NCBI GenBank assembly: GCA_963728205.1 | Contig: CAVSIV010000002.1 | Location: forward strand, 480,001 to 544,000 | Source: an uncultured Chloroflexia bacterium | GTDB taxonomy: Bacteria; Chloroflexota; Dehalococcoidia; UBA2979 | Direction of reading: 5' to 3' | Length of the DNA: 64,000 bases | Shown: positions 18,771 through 27,930 of the stretch, one piece after another | Layout: each line of letters starts with the position of its first letter | Numbering within the stretch: the stretch's first letter is position 1 | Position numbers and translations under genes: made by a program | Notes under the pieces: generated by a model | What the model was told of the DNA's origin: nothing | Databases searched by the model: none | What the model saw: the letters and a program-made list of their open reading frames with translations, nothing else

Positions 18771-19619
18771 ATGCGAAATCGCAAGATCAGCCGCCGCCAG
18801 GCATTGCGGCTCGCCGGCGGCTCGGCGCTCGCGGCGCTGCTGTTTCCGACCGCCAACGCCGTTGCCGCGCAACTGTCCGGGTCATCGACGTCGACGGCCG
18901 GCACATCGTTTGCGCCAGCGATGCAGGTGAACCTCGACCAGGACACGGTGTTCGCGACGGCCACGGGCGGCGCGCGCGCCGAGGCGCCGTACCACGCCCT
19001 CGACACCGACTTCGGCGCGGCCGGCGTCCAGGGTCAGCGGTGGTTCGACGCCGCGAAGCGCGCCGGCTACGATGGCCTGATCACGACGCTGCACACGTAC
19101 TGGGGCGGCAACCCGGTCGCCTGGGGGTCGGCGCCGCTGGTGCTCGAACGCGCGCTCGCCGCCGGCCTGTGGATCGGCGCCTACGGGCGGCCCGCCGCGT
19201 ACTGGCGCGAGGCGCTCGCGCCGCTGCCGACGGAGCTGCGTGAGCGGCTCAAGTTCTACGCGCTCGACATCGAGGTCGAGCCCGGCAACACCCAGTTCCC
19301 GATGCAGCGTGCCTACGCGGACGGCGTCGCCGACGAGTTCGGCGTGCGGCCGGTCGTCTACACCGGGTGGGGCATGTGGGGGGACGTGATGGGCTACGGC
19401 TCCGGCGGGTTCGCCGACCTGCCGTTGTGGGACTTCTCCGGGGATCGCGCCGACTGGCCGGCAGCGCTCAGCGACGACGCGCTCGTGCCCTTCGCCGGCT
19501 GGAACACCGCCGACAATCTGCGCACGGGCTGGCAGGTGCAGATGCAGACGCCCGCGACCCTCAACGGCGTCACGATCGACCGCGACCTCTTCTCGCGCGC
19601 CTTTATCGACGCCGTCTAG
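18771..19619 (+). CDS. Tat-secreted GH25 (muramidase-like) glycoside hydrolase
   Basis: ISRRQALR Tat motif; GLWIGAY, ALDIE (DxE), PVVYT, LPLW, GWQ, IDRD match the GH25 pattern. Confidence 0.7.
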   Translation: MRNRKISRRQALRLAGGSALAALLFPTANAVAAQLSGSSTSTAGTSFAPAMQVNLDQDTVFATATGGARAEAPYHALDTDFGAAGVQGQRWFDAAKRAGYDGLITTLHTYWGGNPVAWGSAPLVLERALAAGLWIGAYGRPAAYWREALAPLPTELRERLKFYALDIEVEPGNTQFPMQRAYADGVADEFGVRPVVYTGWGMWGDVMGYGSGGFADLPLWDFSGDRADWPAALSDDALVPFAGWNTADNLRTGWQVQMQTPATLNGVTIDRDLFSRAFIDAV

Positions 19620-19638
19620 CCGCCGCCTCCGTCGCGGG

Positions 19639-21477
19639 CTACTCGACCGTCACCGTCTTCGCGAGGTTCCGCGGCTGATCGACGTCGGCGCCGCGGATCG
19701 CGGCAACGTGGTACGAGAGCAGCTGCAGCGGCACGGCCGCCACGATCGGGACGAGGAACGGGTCGACCTCCGGTATCTCGAGGACGTCGTTCGCGAGCGT
19801 GTCGCAGGAGTGGTCGCTCTGCGTCACCAGCGCGAGCACCCGGCCGCGCCGCGAGCGGACCTGCTCGATGTTCGACAGCATCTTGTCGCGGAGGCCGTCT
19901 CGCGGGGCGAGCGCGACCGTGGCGATACGCTCGTCGATCAGCGCGATCGGGCCGTGCTTCATCTCCGCTGCTCCGTACCCCTCCGCGTGGACGTAGGCGA
20001 TCTCCTTGAGCTTCAGCGCGCCTTCGAGCGCCAGCGGATAGCCGAGGCCCCGGCCGAGGACGAAACAGTCCTCGTACTGGGCGTACCGCTGCGCGACGCG
20101 CTCGACTTCCGCGGCCGATTCCAGCGCAGCCTGGACGCGCCCGGGCATCGCCAGGGCCTCGCGCACCTGGCGCTCTTCGAGCGCCGGGTCGAGGGTTCCG
20201 CGCAGCCTCCCGAGGGTGAGCGCGAGCCCGTGCAGCATTAGCAGGGACGCCAGGAACGTCTTCGTCGACGCAACGGCCACCTCCGGGCCGGCGCGCAACA
20301 GGATCGTGCCGTCGGCGATCCGGGTCGTCTGTGCGCCGGGGGTATTGCAGAGCGTGATCTGCGGCGCGCCGCGGCGGCGTGCCTCGTCCATCGCCGCGAG
20401 TGTGTCGACCGTCTCGCCGGACTGCGTCACGGAGATGACGAGCGTGTCCCGCCCCAGGAGGGGCGCGCGATAGCGGAACTCGGCGGCGTTGTCGACCTCC
20501 GCCGGCAGCCGCGCGAAGCGCTCGATGTAGTGGCGGCCGATCATCGCCGCGTGCATCGACGTGCCCATCCCGATCAGGACGACGCGACGCAGTGAGCGCA
20601 CGCGGGCCGCGTCGAGCGGCAGGTCGTCGAACGTCGTGCGCGCGGGTGACGCGTGGTACCGCCCGCGCAGCGCGTCGGCGAGCGCCGCGGGCTGCTCGAA
20701 TATCTCCTTGAGCATGAAGTGGCGATACGGCCCGCGCGCCGCCGCCACGGGATCGTACGGGAGCACCTGGACGGACTTCTCGAGCGCCCACCCGGCGGCG
20801 TCGACGTACGTCACGGCGTCCGGGCGGACGTCCGCGACCTCGCCCGGCTCCAGGAACACGACCCGCCGCGCAACCGGAAGCACCGCGCCGACGTCAGAGG
20901 CGACGACGTGCTCGTGGTTGCCGCAGCCAATCACGATGCCGCCCGCGTTGCCCGCGCGGGCGGCGACCAGCCGCCCGGGTTGGTCGCGCGCGACTGCAAC
21001 CACCGAGAAGGCGCCCTCCGTGAGCGCGACCGTGTCCCGCATCGCGTCCAACAGGTCCTGCCCGCGCTCGAGGCACGCGGCCAGCATGTGCGCGAGGACC
21101 TCCGTGTCGGTGTCGGAAGCGAAGTCGCCCCGTGCAAACTGCGCACGCAGCGCGTCGTGATTCTCGACCACGCCGTTGTGCACGACGGCGACGAGGCCGT
21201 CGGGGTCGAGGTGCGGGTGCGCGTTTCGATCGCTCGGCTCCCCATGGGTCGCCCAGCGCGTGTGTCCGATGCCGCTATGACTGTCCGGCAGCGCACCTTC
21301 GAGGCGCTGCACGAGCGTGTCGAGCTTCCCCGCCGACCGCGCGACGTAGAAGTCCCCGTCGGCGCCCGCGAGCGCCAGCCCCGCCGAGTCGTAGCCGCGA
21401 TATTCGACGCGTCGCAACCCATCGAGGATGACCGCCCCCGCTGCCTGGTAGCCGGTGTAGCCGACGATGCCGCACAT
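19639..21477 (-). CDS. glmS: Glutamine--fructose-6-phosphate aminotransferase
   Basis: MCGIVGY, EYRGYDSAG, GIGHTRWATHG, SQ/TQSGETVDT, ALKLKE, DQPRNLAKTVTVE. Confidence 0.98.
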   Translation of the reverse strand: MCGIVGYTGYQAAGAVILDGLRRVEYRGYDSAGLALAGADGDFYVARSAGKLDTLVQRLEGALPDSHSGIGHTRWATHGEPSDRNAHPHLDPDGLVAVVHNGVVENHDALRAQFARGDFASDTDTEVLAHMLAACLERGQDLLDAMRDTVALTEGAFSVVAVARDQPGRLVAARAGNAGGIVIGCGNHEHVVASDVGAVLPVARRVVFLEPGEVADVRPDAVTYVDAAGWALEKSVQVLPYDPVAAARGPYRHFMLKEIFEQPAALADALRGRYHASPARTTFDDLPLDAARVRSLRRVVLIGMGTSMHAAMIGRHYIERFARLPAEVDNAAEFRYRAPLLGRDTLVISVTQSGETVDTLAAMDEARRRGAPQITLCNTPGAQTTRIADGTILLRAGPEVAVASTKTFLASLLMLHGLALTLGRLRGTLDPALEERQVREALAMPGRVQAALESAAEVERVAQRYAQYEDCFVLGRGLGYPLALEGALKLKEIAYVHAEGYGAAEMKHGPIALIDERIATVALAPRDGLRDKMLSNIEQVRSRRGRVLALVTQSDHSCDTLANDVLEIPEVDPFLVPIVAAVPLQLLSYHVAAIRGADVDQPRNLAKTVTVE

Positions 21478-21536
21478 GGAGCGGACCCTTCTGTCGCATC
21501 GAGAACGCACGTTCCTGACTGACTCCCCGTGGGGGG

Positions 21537-21728
21537 TTACGTGGAGGGCCACTTCCACAGTTCGAGCCACATACGCACGCGCCAATCGCGCACCCAGCGG
21601 TACCACCACGGCACCGCCGGGTGAGGTTCGGCGGGGATGTTTGCTCGACCGCTCGCGGCCAGTCCAGGACTGCGGCTTCGTTGCTCCCATCCTTGTGGGG
21701 CCTGACGACGCGTCATATGCTGCTGCAC
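21537..21728 (-). CDS. Putative 63-aa Trp/Arg-rich micropeptide
   Basis: GTG 9 nt after AAGGA; VQQHMTRRQAPQGWEQRSRSPGLAASGRANIPAEPHPAVPWWYRWVRDWRVRMWLELWKWPST*. Confidence 0.5.
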   Translation of the reverse strand: MQQHMTRRQAPQGWEQRSRSPGLAASGRANIPAEPHPAVPWWYRWVRDWRVRMWLELWKWPST

Positions 21729-21736
21729 GGTGCTTG

Positions 21737-21800
21737 TTCCTTGTCGTAAGGGGGCGATCACCGACGGGACGGCTGGTGCTCGAACACCAGCCGTCCTCCT
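21737..21800 (-). promoter_or_regulatory. Structured leader motif, copy A (candidate cis-regulatory RNA or operator)
   Basis: Minus strand AGGAGGACG-GCT-GGTGTTCGAGCACC...GCCCCCTTACGAC-AAGGA; 12-bp stem 21767-21796; repeated at 26598-26691. Confidence 0.6.
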
Positions 21801-23014
21801 CACCTCCGAATGCTGGACTGCTGGGTGTCGACGGATGGCGGACGCTGCGGCTGGCCGGCAGCGTCCGCTTCGTCGAGCAAGCGATGCGCCGCGTCGACCA
21901 ATGCTGCGTTTCCGCCGGCTTCGATATGCGGCAGTTGATCGCGCACGAGCGCGTCGATGCGCGCGACGTCCGCGCCGACGTTCTCTCCGTCGACCCGCTC
22001 GGCGAGCCGGGCGAAGGTCAGCGCGTCTTGCATGTGCAACACGAGGCTCCACGGCGCCCCGACGTACGTCCGCGCCGCGCGCGGCGAGAGGTAGAGCTCG
22101 CGCAGGGCGCGGTAGCGGGCGAGCGCCGACGTCTTGCCGTCGGTCACCCGCAGCATGTCGGCGACCAGGCCGGTCTTGAGCGCCGGCGTGTCCGCGTCGC
22201 GGCGGGGGTCGACGGCGGAGAGGGCGAGAAAGACGCGCAGGGACGGTTCGTAGCCGTTCGCGCGGCGCACGCGCGGGACGGCGCGGTCCGCGATCGTCGA
22301 TCCGTGCACGGCCGACACGCCCGACGTGTAGCGCGCGTAGGCCTCGTCGTTGGAGGTCACGTCCGGCATCGCGTAGATGCTGCGCATCACGATGGCTGCG
22401 AGCGTCACGTTCTGCCGCGGCTCCCAGATGCTCGTGGAGGCCTGGAACCCCGCGACATGGTAGGGACTGTGCGCGTCCGCCGCCCAGGCGGACGCGGTTC
22501 GCTCCGAGGCGAACGAGACCTGGCCGAGCCCGCGGTCGCCCGGCTCGGGGCCCTGCGCGAGCGGGTCGAGGGCCGACTCCGACGCCAGCGCCTGGAAGAG
22601 GAAGAGCGGCCCGATGCCGACGCGATCGGCGGCGTCGAACACGAGCGGCCGGATTGCGAGGAAGCGGCCAAACTCCACCTCGTTCCACGGACCGAGCGCT
22701 TCCGCCTGTGCGAGAAGCGCCGGACCGTCGGTCCGCGCCCACGCCTCGAGCATCGCGCCGCTCTCGACCGATACGTGGATCGGCAGGTCTCGCGCGCTCG
22801 TCACCGCCGGTCTCTCGGCCGGGCGCGCCACGAAGGGTGCCGCCGGGACGCGCAGGCCCAGCGACGTCGAACCCGGCACGCGGTCGAGGGGGCGCGCCGA
22901 GACCGCGAACCCCGTGTTGACGTGGAGCAGGGCGATGGCGATCACCGAGAGGATCAGCACGCCGGACAGCGTGCTCGCCACGCGGGACGTCGCGGAGGGC
23001 TCGAAGGCGTTCAC
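21800..23014 (-). CDS. Membrane-anchored or secreted SLT-like lytic transglycosylase domain protein
   Basis: N-terminal hydrophobic helix; ASESALDP (ES), DRGLGQV, IWEPRQNV.LAA, AYARYTSG; GTGA overlap with GT2 stop. Confidence 0.72.
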   Translation of the reverse strand: MNAFEPSATSRVASTLSGVLILSVIAIALLHVNTGFAVSARPLDRVPGSTSLGLRVPAAPFVARPAERPAVTSARDLPIHVSVESGAMLEAWARTDGPALLAQAEALGPWNEVEFGRFLAIRPLVFDAADRVGIGPLFLFQALASESALDPLAQGPEPGDRGLGQVSFASERTASAWAADAHSPYHVAGFQASTSIWEPRQNVTLAAIVMRSIYAMPDVTSNDEAYARYTSGVSAVHGSTIADRAVPRVRRANGYEPSLRVFLALSAVDPRRDADTPALKTGLVADMLRVTDGKTSALARYRALRELYLSPRAARTYVGAPWSLVLHMQDALTFARLAERVDGENVGADVARIDALVRDQLPHIEAGGNAALVDAAHRLLDEADAAGQPQRPPSVDTQQSSIRR

Positions 23015-24237
23015 GCGGCATCCGCCCGCAGCGGGCCGCCGGCGCGGGCGCGTTCCGGCGGTTCGTGCGCGGCGGCGGGGACGACCCGGCGCCGCGCGGG
23101 GCTCTCCCACGCAGAGGAGAGGTGCTCACCGTCGCCGCCGGAGGGCCGCCGCGGGAACGCATGGTGCAGCACGCTGGCGAGCGCGCGAACGCTGTTCGCG
23201 AACTCGAGGAGCATGAGCGCGACCACGAACGGCGCCAGCACCACCATCGCGAAGCGCCCCGTGGCGATCGCTCCGATGAGCACGACCGCCAGCAGGAACG
23301 CGAGCTGGATCGCCAGGTGCAGCGCCAGCGCGTCGCGGCCGCCCGGATAGGCGAACTGCGGCGGCTCGTGCGGCAGAACGAGCAGCACCGGTATCGCGAA
23401 GAGACGCAGGAAGAAGGTCGCCATCAAGACGATCACGACCGCGTTGACGATGTCGAGGCCGCTGGGGCGCAGCCGTCCCACGGGGTCGCGACGCAGCCAG
23501 CACAGGCCCACGCGGTCGATCCGCACGACCTCCCACCATGCCCGGTTCCACCGGTACGTCTGACGCACGAACGCCCGCAGGCCGCGGGGGTCCTGCGTCC
23601 ACACCACCGCGCCCGCGACGTATCTGATCCGTCCCAGGCGCTGGCGATGCGTGGCGATCGAGAGGTGAAAGTCCTCGGTCGAGAGGCGATGGTCGAACCG
23701 GATCTGGCGGAGCGCGCTGACCCGCCACGTGCTGGCGCAGCCCGGCGCGATCGCGACGGCATCGAAGACGCTCTGGAGTCGCTTGAACAATGCCTGCCAG
23801 AAGAAGTAGAGGCACGCACGGTAGATCGAGACGAGGTTGGCCCCGTCGGGGCGTGACTTCACCTGGCCCGCCGCGCACGCCACGCGGTCGTCCGCGAGCG
23901 CGGCGAGCGCGCGTTCGCGGTACCGCGGCTCCATCGTCGTGTCCGCGTCCAGGATCGTGACGAACTCGTAGCCGGACGGGTACACGTCGCGCGTCAGCGC
24001 GTACTCGAGCCCGCGCGACTTGCCGACGTTTGCGGCGTGCCGGATGACGTTGCGTGCCGGCAGATACCGCTCGGCGATGTCCGCCGTGCCGTCGTCGCTG
24101 GCGTCGTCGAAGAGGAAGACGTCGTCCGGCGCGTACGCCTCGAGCACCGACTCGAGCGTCGCCGCGATCGTGAGGCGCTCGTTGTGCGCCGCAACCAGGA
24201 CGGCGGCTCGCCCGGCGGCGACCGCCTCGGTGCTCAC
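23011..24237 (-). CDS. Processive membrane GT2 glycan synthase (PgaC/hyaluronan/chitin-synthase-like)
   Basis: AHNE, DDASDD, GKSRGL, LDADT, PGC, STED, QTYRW (QxxRW), C-terminal TM helices. Confidence 0.9.
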   Translation of the reverse strand: MSTEAVAAGRAAVLVAAHNERLTIAATLESVLEAYAPDDVFLFDDASDDGTADIAERYLPARNVIRHAANVGKSRGLEYALTRDVYPSGYEFVTILDADTTMEPRYRERALAALADDRVACAAGQVKSRPDGANLVSIYRACLYFFWQALFKRLQSVFDAVAIAPGCASTWRVSALRQIRFDHRLSTEDFHLSIATHRQRLGRIRYVAGAVVWTQDPRGLRAFVRQTYRWNRAWWEVVRIDRVGLCWLRRDPVGRLRPSGLDIVNAVVIVLMATFFLRLFAIPVLLVLPHEPPQFAYPGGRDALALHLAIQLAFLLAVVLIGAIATGRFAMVVLAPFVVALMLLEFANSVRALASVLHHAFPRRPSGGDGEHLSSAWESPARRRVVPAAAHEPPERARAGGPLRADAA

Positions 24238-25217
24238 GCCGGTCCCCCGACGAGCTCGCGCGTCGCGCGGCGCGCCAGCCGCCGCGCGATGTCGTCGATC
24301 GTGTACCCCAGGCCCTCCTCGAGGGGCACGGTCGGCCGCCAGCCAAGCTCCTGCTCTGCACGCGTCGTGTCGGGAAGCCGAGCGTCGTGGTCGTGCGCGG
24401 CCCGGGGCACCTCGACAATCTCGCTGCGCGAGCCGGTCAAGGCGACGATCGTCTCGGCCAGGACACGCACGGTCTCGGACTCGTGCGACCCGAGGTTGTA
24501 CGCCCTGCCCGCCGCTCCGTCGCGGAGCACGCGTCGCAGACCATCGACCAGGTCGTCGACATACGTGTGGCAGCGCCGCTGCTCGCCGCGTCCGTGTACC
24601 CGCACCGGCGTCCCGCACAGCGCCGCGCGCACGAACGCGGGCACTACGCGCGTCTCGCGGAGCGACATCCCCGGCCCGTACGTGTTGAAGATGCGAGCGA
24701 CCTTCGCCGCTACGCCGTAGCGCTCCGCGTAGATGCCGCACAGCGTCTCCGCGACGCGCTTGCCCTCCTCGTAGCCGTTGCGCGGTCCCAGCGTGTCGAC
24801 GTTCCCGGTGTACGTCTCGGGCTGCGGCGACACGGTCGGGTTGCCGTAGACCTCGGCCGTCGAGGCCAGCACGACGCGCGCCCCGCAGGCGCGTGCGACA
24901 TCGAGGACCGCGCGCGTCCCGTCGAAGCTTGTCTCCAGCATCTCCAGGGCGAGCGGCCCGAGGTTGGGCACGCCCGTCGGACAGGCAAGGTGGTAGATCT
25001 CCTCGGCACCCGCGCGTCGAGCGATGTCGCGAAAGGCGTCGCTCGTCACGTCCAGCTCGTGGAAGTCGAAGCCCGGCTCCCGCAGCAGGGGAACGAGATC
25101 ATCGCGGTCGCTGGTGATGAAGTTGTCGAAGCCGACGACGGCGTGTCCCTCCGCGATGAGGCCGGCCACCACGTGACGGCCGATGAAGCCCGCGGCACCG
25201 GTGACGATGGCGGTCAT
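24234..25217 (-). CDS. UDP-glucuronate decarboxylase (UXS)-like SDR
   Basis: TGAAGFIG, DNF, IYHLACP, STAEVYG, GNV..LGPR..YEEGKR.AE, RIFNTYGP, YVDDLV.GL. Confidence 0.88.
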   Translation of the reverse strand: MTAIVTGAAGFIGRHVVAGLIAEGHAVVGFDNFITSDRDDLVPLLREPGFDFHELDVTSDAFRDIARRAGAEEIYHLACPTGVPNLGPLALEMLETSFDGTRAVLDVARACGARVVLASTAEVYGNPTVSPQPETYTGNVDTLGPRNGYEEGKRVAETLCGIYAERYGVAAKVARIFNTYGPGMSLRETRVVPAFVRAALCGTPVRVHGRGEQRRCHTYVDDLVDGLRRVLRDGAAGRAYNLGSHESETVRVLAETIVALTGSRSEIVEVPRAAHDHDARLPDTTRAEQELGWRPTVPLEEGLGYTIDDIARRLARRATRELVGGPA

Positions 25218-26590
25218 CGTCGGCCCTTCCCGCCCGCGGCCGACCGCGGCGCCGATGCCGGCCCGCCCGTCGCGCCGTCGGTCAGCCGGAGCGTTCGCCA
25301 GCCGCGCGACGCCATCGCCTCCGCGTCGAAGGCACGATGGTCGACGAGCATCACCGCCAGGTCGTACGCCGCCGGATCGGCCGACGCGAGGTTCACGGAG
25401 GATCGCCCCGCGAACTCCGAGACGTAGGGGTCGTGGAAATCGACACGCGCCCCGGCCTGCTCCAGGAGCCCCATGATCGCGAGGGCCGGTGAGCGGCGCG
25501 TATCTCCGATCTCCGGCTTGTACGTCACGCCGAGCAGCAGCACCCGCGCACCCTCGAGGCCCCCCTCGAGCCGCTCGGCGATCCGCTGCACGACCACGCT
25601 CGCTCGCGACTCATGGTTCGCCATCGCCGCCGCAAGCACCGGCGCGGCGACGTCGCCCTCGCGCATCGAGTCGTGGAGGAAGTAGGGGTCCTCCGCGATG
25701 CAGTGGCCGCCGACGCCGGCGCCGGCAAAGAAGGGCATGAAGCCGAACGGCTTGGTCGCGGCCAGCCGGGTGACCTCGTGCGAGTTGAGGTTGCGCGCGT
25801 GGCAGTACTCGTCGAACTCCTGCGCGAAGGCGATGTTCACGAAGCGGAACGTGTTTTCGAGGAGCTTCGTCGCCTCCGCCGCCTCCATGCTCGAGGCGGG
25901 CACCACGTCGTCCACGATCTCTCGGTAGAAGCGCAGCGTGAGAGCCGCCGCGCGATCGTCCGCGCCGCTGGTGACCTTCGGGATCTGCTCGAGCTCGAAG
26001 CGCTGGTTGCCGGGGTCGATACGCTCCGGCGAGTAGCCCACCGCGACCTCGCTCGCGGACCCGCGCGGGGCGAGAATCGGCATCACCACGTTCCGGGTCG
26101 TGCCGGGTGCGTACGTGCTCTCGCTCACGATCAGCCGCGGACGGTCGTCCGTCGCGATCTGCGAAGCAACGACCTCCGCCGCGGCCGTGACCAGGGAGAG
26201 ATCGGAGCGACGCGAGCCATCTTCGACGCGCGTCGGCGTGGGAACCGCAATCAGGATGACGTCGCAGCCCCCGAGCACGGCCGCATCCGCGGTGGCGTCG
26301 TACGGCTTGCCCGCCGCGTTCTGCGCGACGCACCGCCGCACCGCTACGGGGTCAATGTCGACACCGAACGTACGGAACCCGACGGTGGCCGCGCGCTGAG
26401 CGAGACCGAACCCCACGTATCCCTGCCCGACGACGCCGACAGTCGCGGTGTGAGAGGCAATGGCGCATTCCAGCGGGTCGGCGGGGTCCGGCCGGAGCGG
26501 CGGCCGCAGACGATCCGGTTCGGAGAGGCGCGCGCGCAGTCGAAGGGGCCCGCGCCCCGGCCGTGACGGGACGACAACTTCTCGTGGCAC
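25214..26590 (-). CDS. UDP-N-acetylhexosamine dehydrogenase (WecC/WbpO/TviB type)
   Basis: GQGYVG, AVPTP, SPERIDPGN, KLLENTFR.VNIA, TKPFGFMPF, GGHCI..DP, YKP...DTR.SP. Confidence 0.92.
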   Translation of the reverse strand: MPREVVVPSRPGRGPLRLRARLSEPDRLRPPLRPDPADPLECAIASHTATVGVVGQGYVGFGLAQRAATVGFRTFGVDIDPVAVRRCVAQNAAGKPYDATADAAVLGGCDVILIAVPTPTRVEDGSRRSDLSLVTAAAEVVASQIATDDRPRLIVSESTYAPGTTRNVVMPILAPRGSASEVAVGYSPERIDPGNQRFELEQIPKVTSGADDRAAALTLRFYREIVDDVVPASSMEAAEATKLLENTFRFVNIAFAQEFDEYCHARNLNSHEVTRLAATKPFGFMPFFAGAGVGGHCIAEDPYFLHDSMREGDVAAPVLAAAMANHESRASVVVQRIAERLEGGLEGARVLLLGVTYKPEIGDTRRSPALAIMGLLEQAGARVDFHDPYVSEFAGRSSVNLASADPAAYDLAVMLVDHRAFDAEAMASRGWRTLRLTDGATGGPASAPRSAAGGKGRR

Positions 26591-26597
26591 TGTAAAT

Positions 26598-26691
26598 TTC
26601 CTTCGTCGTAAGGGGGCTGATTGCCGGCGGCAGGTGCTCGAACACCCGTTTGGGCCGCGCGGTCGCTTGCTCTACTCGATAACGTCCTCCT
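26598..26691 (-). promoter_or_regulatory. Structured leader motif, copy B, ahead of the first gene of the glycan operon
   Basis: AGGAGGACG...GGTGTTCGAGCACC...GCCCCCTTACGAC-G-AAGGA, 8 nt before GTG 26590. Confidence 0.6.
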
Positions 26692-27103
26692 GTGGCACGT
26701 GATCGGCGCGTGAAGTCGCCTGATTCGCGCACATCAAGCGTGGCCGGTTGACCCCGCGCTCAAATGGTATGGATTCATCATTCCTCCCCGGGGCTCACCA
26801 ACGGATCACATATGACAGCGACGAGTATCCGTTCGCTCTCATTTTCGACGTATGCAAAATTGTTCTATCCGAAGGCTCGGGGGATCTTCGAGCCACGCGC
26901 CTCGCGAGGTCCGGATGAGACGCGAGCAGCCCATTCGCTGGCGACGCTGGACGGGCCGGGGTTGTGACCGGGGCGAGCACACGACACATCCGGTGCTCGC
27001 CGTCGGTCGCGCCGCGTGCCGATGAGTCGAGGGCGCGCCGCAACCGGGCGCCGCACCTATCATCCCCGCGGCGAGACGCACCACGGAGACGAACGGGGAA
27101 CGC

Positions 27104-27904
27104 ATGGCCGTGCTCGAGACCACGCAGGACGGACACGTCCGCATCATCCGGCTCAATCGGCCGGAGAAGAAGAACGCGCTCTCCCAGGAGCTCGCGTGGG
27201 GCATCATCCACGCCGTCGAGGACGCCGCCGCGGACGACGACGCCTGGGTCGTCGCGATCACCGGCACCGACGACGCCTTCTGCTCCGGCCTCGACCTCTC
27301 GCCGGAGGACGACGGTCGCGACCACACCGGCCTCACCCCGCAGGCTGCCTACCTCGACGACCTGAGCTGGGTCAGCCGCTTCCCGCTCGTCTTGCGCGAG
27401 CGCTGCGACAAGCCGGTCGTCGCCGGCCTCAACGGCGTCGCGGTCGGCGCCGGGCTGTCGCTCGCGATGGCCTCCGACATCCGCCTCATGGCGCAGAGCG
27501 CGCGCCTGATCGCCGGCTACCCGCGCATCGGCGGCTCGCCCGACGGCGGCCTGTCGTGGACGCTGCCGCAGACGATGGGCTACGAGCAGGCGATGCGCTT
27601 CCTCCTCGAGAACCGCACGGTCGGCGCCGACGAGGCGCTGCGGCTCGGCATGGTCGGCGAGGTCGTGCCGGACGATCGCTTCGCGACGCGCTTCGCCGAG
27701 TACTGCGCGTCGCTCACGCACCTCTCGCCGATCACGGCGCGACTGACGAAGCGCGTGGTGCGCCACGCGACGGCGCTTGCCGACCCCGAGGGCCACATGC
27801 GCTACGAGCTGCTCAACATCGGCAGGGCGTTCGGAAGCGACGACGGGAAAGAGGCGCGCCGCGCGTTCCTCGAGCGGCGCGAGCCGCGCTTCGAGGGTCG
27901 CTGA
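27104..27904 (+). CDS. Enoyl-CoA hydratase/isomerase
   Basis: LNRPEKKNAL, AFCSGLDL, KPVVAGLNGVAVGAGLSLAMASDIR, PDGG. Confidence 0.95.
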   Translation: MAVLETTQDGHVRIIRLNRPEKKNALSQELAWGIIHAVEDAAADDDAWVVAITGTDDAFCSGLDLSPEDDGRDHTGLTPQAAYLDDLSWVSRFPLVLRERCDKPVVAGLNGVAVGAGLSLAMASDIRLMAQSARLIAGYPRIGGSPDGGLSWTLPQTMGYEQAMRFLLENRTVGADEALRLGMVGEVVPDDRFATRFAEYCASLTHLSPITARLTKRVVRHATALADPEGHMRYELLNIGRAFGSDDGKEARRAFLERREPRFEGR

Positions 27905-27930
27905 GCGGGCGCGCACGAAGGGAGACGGAC

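Noticed and set aside
21478-21800. glmS ribozyme upstream of glmS
   Set aside because: The conserved core (AGCGCC...GACGAGG...TTATCGAA) was not found; the space is explained by the micro-ORF and the duplicated leader.
26965-27015. Hairpin GGCGAGCAC...GTGCTCGCC at the edge of the glycan locus as a mobile-element end
   Set aside because: No matching copy at the other edge of the locus and no transposase.
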